Assembly: GCA_051313645.2 (NCBI GenBank)
Contig: JBNRSN020000028.1
Coordinates: 67,518,001 to 67,582,000 of the forward strand
From: Centroscyllium fabricii
Taxonomy: Eukaryota
Direction of reading: 5' to 3'
DNA: 64,000 nt
Shown: positions 58,568-64,000 of the stretch, in pieces
Numbering within the stretch: position 1 is the stretch's first letter
How the letters are laid out: every line of letters starts with the position of its first letter
Made by a program: the position numbers and the translations under genes
Notes under the pieces: generated by a model
Told to the model about the DNA's origin: nothing
The model's input: only the letters and a program-made list of their open reading frames with translations
The model's database searches: none

Positions 58568-58908
58568 ACCTCCTCCAACCCTACAACCCTCTGAGATCTC
58601 TGCACTCCTACAAATCTGGCCTCTTGCACATCCACAATTTTTATCGCTCCACCATTGGTGGCCGTGCTTTTCGCTGCCTAAGCCCTAAGCTCTGGGTTTC
58701 CCCCCATAAATCTCACCGTCTCTCTACCTCTTTCTCTTCCTTTAAATCTTCCCTGAAAACCTACCTCTTTGACCAAGCTTTTGGTCACCTGTCCGAAATA
58801 TCTTTTTACCTGGCTCGGTGTCAAACTTTGTCTGATAACACTCCTGTGAAGCACCTTGAGAGATTTTACTATGTCAAAGGTGCTAAAGAAATGCAAGTTG
58901 TTGTTGAT
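58568..58908 (+). mobile_element. L2 LINE 3' end
   Basis: STIGGRAF...PKLW...FKSSLKTYLF C-terminal motif, followed by an L2-type tail ending gcaagttgttgtt. Confidence 0.75.
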
Positions 58909-60089
58909 GATTGTCAGTTTAGATAAATGGAAGGGAAGAGGCCCAGCAAAGGGAAGTCTTGAATTACTTTTGTGGGCCTCAAAGGAGCACCTCGGGAGAA
59001 CACAAAACTAATCTGGGCCGATGTTGCCCTGGGACTCATGCCCTTCCCGATCGTGACTCCCCCTCCCCCACTCACCACCACCCCCATGACCTAGCTTCTT
59101 ACCAGCTTTCCTTTGCCAAATTTGGCGCGCTTAGTTGGGACGCCTGTTTGGTGCCCTGTCGCTCGCCTGGTGAATGTAAATGAGGCCGGAGCCTCAAAAT
59201 CACGGAGCCTCTTCACCACTGGAATGGTCCCTGCCCAGAAGTCACAATAGACCTCAACATTTCTCTGTTGAGTTATAATGGAAGAAAGGAACTTACCAAC
59301 TTCTTTTCTATCAACATAGTCACTTTATGAAACAAATAAATACTGAACCTGCAAAAGGCATGGACTACATTTTACCCACTTGGTGCTGCTGCTAAATAGT
59401 ATCAGTTGCTGACAACATGTGGTTTTAATGTTACTCCATGACATGGAAACCTGGTGCACTAGTTTAACCCATCCCTCCAATCTGAGCCCCACTGTTTAAA
59501 CTACCACTCCATGTAAAACAGGGGACAGTGAATCGGCAGCCTTTTACATCTCTTTTGATTTTAATTTCCGTAGAAGTTGAAGTCAATGGAAATAAAACTC
59601 AGCAGAGATATAAAGCGGACGATCACACAAAGTCAATATTACCCCCTCCTAACACTCTAAGACACATTCGTTAAATTGTCACATCCCTTTCTGCTATGTG
59701 CTACTAAAGGGAAGAACGGAGAGGAAAAGATTAATTCTTCCCCATTGGGTTCCAGAAATTGTTGATAACTGCATTCAATCGACTGCTATCTTCCTGGGTT
59801 GGCATGTAAAATTGTTGCAAAGATCGGCCTGGTTGCATCTAAGACAATGTGAAACTGCCAAGTATGTGCTTTTGATTGGCTGAAAAAAGACGTTTGAAAA
59901 TTTAGTTCAGCCAATAGAACCAAGTTTTCTAAAGCTTGCTTTTACTTCCAAAATGGATGATGTGAGTCAAGACTCAAAAGAAACAAAGTCCATTTTTTAA
60001 AATGAGCTCACGTTTTAGACAAAAGGGTAGGAAAGATAGAAAAGTTTAAAAATTAAAATTTCAGCTAAAATAATTATTGGAGAGATAGA

Positions 60090-60920
60090 GGGGGGTATTT
60101 TCATGTCCCCGTGAGGCGGGGTTTTGGGCAGCCCGGCTGGCAAAATATCGGAACCGGCAGCTCCCGCCCCTCCCCGCCGCTTTCTCATTTTCCCCCGCCC
60201 AGATTCCCCTCCCCGAAACCTTCCCGTCGCCGACCGGCGGGGATGGGTTGTCACCTCATTAAGGGCCCTTAATTGGCATCTTTAATGCCATTTTAAGGGC
60301 CCTCAGCCATTTTGCCCTGTTTTCCGCCCTAACCCCGCCACCTTAAACCCCGCTGGGTGAAATCCAGCGGGAGCACAGCACTGGTTATAACTTCTGGACT
60401 ATAACCTGGTGTTGTGTGAGTTCCTGAATTTATTACTTTCTCCTTTAAGGTGTGAAGGACATGCTGCCAAATGCTTGGCATGCCTCCAGCACCTTAGAGG
60501 AGATAGTAACTCCGTTCTGCCTTCAGTTTCAGCTGAGACCAGAAACTGAGCAATCTCAGTTCTCACAATGGCCTCACAGCCGCTGCGAGCTGTGAGTGAT
60601 TCGGAGCACGCCCACCCACCTGTCAGTCACCAACACTTGACCTTTCCCATTGGCTCCACTCCACTGTGATGTCACAATGGAGTGTTGCCATGGGAACTGA
60701 CAACAACCAGTGCTGGAACTGTCAATCAAAGTGCTCGCAGCTCCGCTGCAGCCCGACTCGATTCACCTAATTACCTCCCGCTCCCGCTCCTGCTGACGGG
60801 AATTTAACAGCCTCATTAAACTAAAATTGCATGGGCTTCCCAGCTGGTTGGGCGGGCGGGACCGGAAGCCGCCCGGACCAATCCCCGCTAGGTTCCCGCC
60901 CTTCCGGAAAAATTCCCCCC
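60090..60920 (-). mobile_element. Non-coding MITE-like relative of the 45977-50214 Harbinger element
   Basis: GGGGGG(T/A)ATTTT TIRs and shared subterminal blocks (ggcggggttttgggc; ccggcggggatg; ttaagggcccttaattggcatc..taatgccatttt); AGA on both flanks. Confidence 0.8.
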
Positions 60921-62634
60921 AGAGAATGGGAAGGTGAAAGAACACTGAAGAAAATAGGGATAAAAGGCTAAAGAAAATTAAAGCATTAAAACTTTTCAAT
61001 TAAAGTTGTATTCTAAATATGCATGTTAGTTCCTTAGGATTAACATTACAGTTGTAAAGCTACTCAGGTACTGGAATAGTTTTACTCTGGTACTATTAAT
61101 GTTTATTTCTGTGTCATGTTACTTGGCTTGGAAACAAATAAAACTGTTTGGCCCAGGTAGACATGAATTTCCCTTGACCTGTTGGCAATCTACGATTAAT
61201 TCAGTAGCTCAGAGAATAATTTTTCTTGCCAATATTTCTTGTCTTCCCATCCTCCCCTAAAGGCAATGACTCTCTGTCGGGGTACAGTTCTAAAGTGCCA
61301 ATCACCCTCCAGTACTTAACTCATTTGGCAATTGTTCATGTGTTAGCATTGGCAGTGAGTGTGGATAGCCTATTTGACCTACTTCACCTGAGCTGTTCAC
61401 CCACACACTCTACACAGGTCACAAAATAACAATCAGCAGCAGGAAATCGAGCTGGTTTCCACCCTCTATAATTCCAGACCTAGAAAACACTCCTACCAAC
61501 ACTGATGAAATCAGCTAACTCAGCACAGTCAGGAGATGAAACCTCAGACCTTTTTGCTCTGTATGGATGAGCTAATTACTGGATAAACTCACCGAACCAC
61601 TGGAGGAGCTGTTCCTTTTACAATTTGAAATATTAGCATGAATAGTAACACAACATTAGTGGAGTGTAACAGTGAAATATTGGAAATAATCGTACCAGGT
61701 TATCGGATTATTATTCGACTGAGGAAGATGATGGAGTTAGGGGCAGAGCAATGATGAAGAGTTTGTATGGAAGAGAAATACAAATTTAAATCGTATTTAG
61801 ATACCTCTTTATCCTGCAAATGCTAAATACAGTAGATGTATTTTAGATTGTCTGTGAATTTGCCTAAAGTTTTGTACTATGGAAAATCTTTTGATGATAC
61901 AGGAATACCTTGGATAGAAGCTTTTTTTGAAAGCTCTTCTGGGCTTTGTTTAACTTTATGAAGACACTGCTGTAGATATTGCACCAGATCACTTCTTGGG
62001 GCTAGAAGCCAACCCACAAGTTGGAAGGTGGCAGCTCACAGTAATTGGAGGGGGAGAAAAGCTGATATGCTAAACCGACACTAGGACAACATTGTGCAGA
62101 TAGAAGTTCAAGCCTGATCTCAGTCCCTAATGTTTCTTTGGAGGATGGATCTGCCATATATTTGATTTACTTTATACTAAAATAGTATGTAACCTATCCT
62201 AACTTGTTAATGACATTTTCTTTCATCTATTTTTCCCATGATACTTTGTATTTCACTTATTTTTATTTATGTACCCAAATAAAAACAAATTATCTTAATT
62301 TGAGATTGTTTTGTTTACAAAAAAAACTCCACATGAACTGGCAGGGATTATAAATTTAAGCCATTTTCCTTTTTTCATTATTTTATTGAGTTGATGGATA
62401 TTGAGGGATTATGAATGACCTTCAAGCCATATTCCTATTATTTTATTTTGTTCAGTAAATATTGGCACCTTTTACCATTTCTGATCCTCCACTCAAAATG
62501 TACTCTTGATAATGATATATTTTAATTAACTTTCTAATGTATATATTTAAATTAGCTTATTGGTATTCATTTGGTGCTACTGATCTCTGCCACTAAATAG
62601 AAAATTATTTTTGATTCCTAGAGTACTATACACT

Positions 62635-62738
62635 GGGGTAGATCTTGACTCTGCGATAGTGCAAAACAAAGAGAGGTGTAAAACAGGCGGCCGACTTGCA
62701 CCCGTTTTACACTATCGCTCAAAGTCAAGATCTACCCC
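62635..62738. mobile_element. 104-bp palindromic MITE
   Basis: ggggtagatcttgact...gcgatagtgcaaaac pairs with gttttacactatcgc...agtcaagatctacccc. Confidence 0.8.
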
Positions 62739-63389
62739 ATTGTCGTTAATACGAATACAAATAAAATCTAGCCCATAAACTCTGTTTAGTGTAATATTTT
62801 TTCAACATGAACTTTTCTTTTAAGAGCATATCAAAAGTACAATCTGAAAATATATGTTTGATCACAAGAGTGATATTGTCTTATAGCTCATGTTAAACTC
62901 ATATAGCTATTCATTAGTTTAATTTGTAACTTCCATTAAGCCTAAATTAAAGGTTATGAAATTTCAGCCCAGATTAAGGATGCTGCAGCCTGCATTTAGC
63001 TAAAATCCAGTTCTAATGGGAATCCACCCCATTATTTGGGTGCACCCATTTTCTGGCGAGGGGGGACCATGAATGGATCTACTGCCTGTGCCTACGTCAA
63101 GGCGGCATGTCAGGTGGAATTCACAGGCTACCTTGTGAATTCCATCCTGTACCCCTTTAAAAGACCTCAGCAGAGCACACGCCATCTAAAATTTGTCGCG
63201 TGGTTCCTTTGAAGCCCTTTGAAAGGCCTTACCTAGGCTAAGGTAATTGGTCCCAGAAGGGATCAATAATCTTATATCTTCAAGCAGAATGTCTCCTTTT
63301 GGAGCCAAAGACTTGTGCACTTCAGTTTTTATCTTAAGCCTGGGGACACCTCAGGCATGCTGGCTGTGGGCCACTCCACCTTACAAAGC

Positions 63390-63610
63390 TAGGTTAAGAC
63401 ATGCAGGTTAAGTGAATTGGAGATACTAAAAATTGCCCATGAGTATGTGTGTGAGATATAGTTCTTAGAGTTGGGGGTGTCGGGGATATGGGGAGAGGGT
63501 AGGAGGGGGGTGCTGGGTTTGGATGATCAGCCATGATCTCATCAAAAATGGCGGAGCAGGCTCGAAGGGCCGAATGGCCTACTCCTGCTCCTATCTTCTG
63601 TGTTTCTGTG
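63390..63610 (+). mobile_element. SINE 3' remnant with a CR1-type tail
   Basis: gatcagccatgatctc...ggcggagcaggctcgaagggccgaatggcctactcctgctcc. Confidence 0.7.
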
Positions 63611-64000
63611 TAAGAGGGTGCTGCTGAAGCGCCCCTGCAAGCGACCACGACCATGCAAGTGACCCCATTCCTACAATTGGGGATGGGGTCTCAAGCCAAC
63701 CATGTGGGCGGAGAGGTGTTCTGCTCTGCTGTTCTTGCACCGACAGAGCAGCCTCAATGGAATTTTGGGCCTCATATATTTTTGAAGGTTCGTATAAAAG
63801 CATAGCTGGAGTTGCTATCCCCTTTGACAGGAGGTTGTGGTTACTCAGCTGCTCAGTGCCTTAAATTTCTCCATGATTTATATTAATATAAAGTAACATA
63901 TAACATAGTGCAATGAATCACTTGAAAATAGGATAAGCAAGTGTACTTGTGCCTTGTAGGTAATTGAACGGTGATACTTATATAAAGCTTAATTTCACAG

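Noticed and set aside
59540-59615. Imperfect hairpin (tttacatctc...gagatataaa)
   Set aside because: Most likely the centre of a decayed MITE; no ends or TSD could be defined.
60383-60430. Short segment resembling a Penelope-type terminal fragment (ggactataacctggtgttgtgtga)
   Set aside because: Under 50 bp and recognised only from memory; not supportable without a search.
55036-64000. Short ORFs (60-100 aa) in the AT-rich right end, and antisense ORFs over TE genes throughout the window
   Set aside because: They have no recognisable domains and are explained by chance or as shadows of TE coding strands.

Overview
This window is vertebrate non-genic DNA, very likely from a cartilaginous fish (shark-type HE1/V-SINEs and CR1 LINEs). 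It is made almost entirely of nested transposable elements, and I could support no host protein-coding gene, RNA gene or CRISPR array. Four full-length Ty3/Gypsy proviruses have paired LTRs and target-site duplications (TSDs): a Sushi/Tf1-type chromovirus (2005-12420), two related elements without a tRNA primer site (A, 14248-25392 +; B, 33827-38544 -) and a CsRn1-type element (32382-41581). There are also four solo LTRs, a near-complete CR1 LINE with a monomeric 5' end, an RTEX-like LINE, a Rex1/Babar LINE, PIF/Harbinger-type transposons and MITEs, SINEs and a long palindrome. The most notable signal is in elements A and B: where a tRNA primer-binding site (PBS) should be, each has a 13-15 nt perfect complement of its own LTR segment containing AATAAA, with compensatory changes between the two families. 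Each also has a conserved hairpin closing on the polypurine tract (PPT). This suggests a tRNA-independent priming and/or poly(A)-occlusion system different in geometry from the Tf1/Sushi self-priming also visible here. Coordinates and divergence counts were read by eye, and clade names rest on motif recognition, not database searches.
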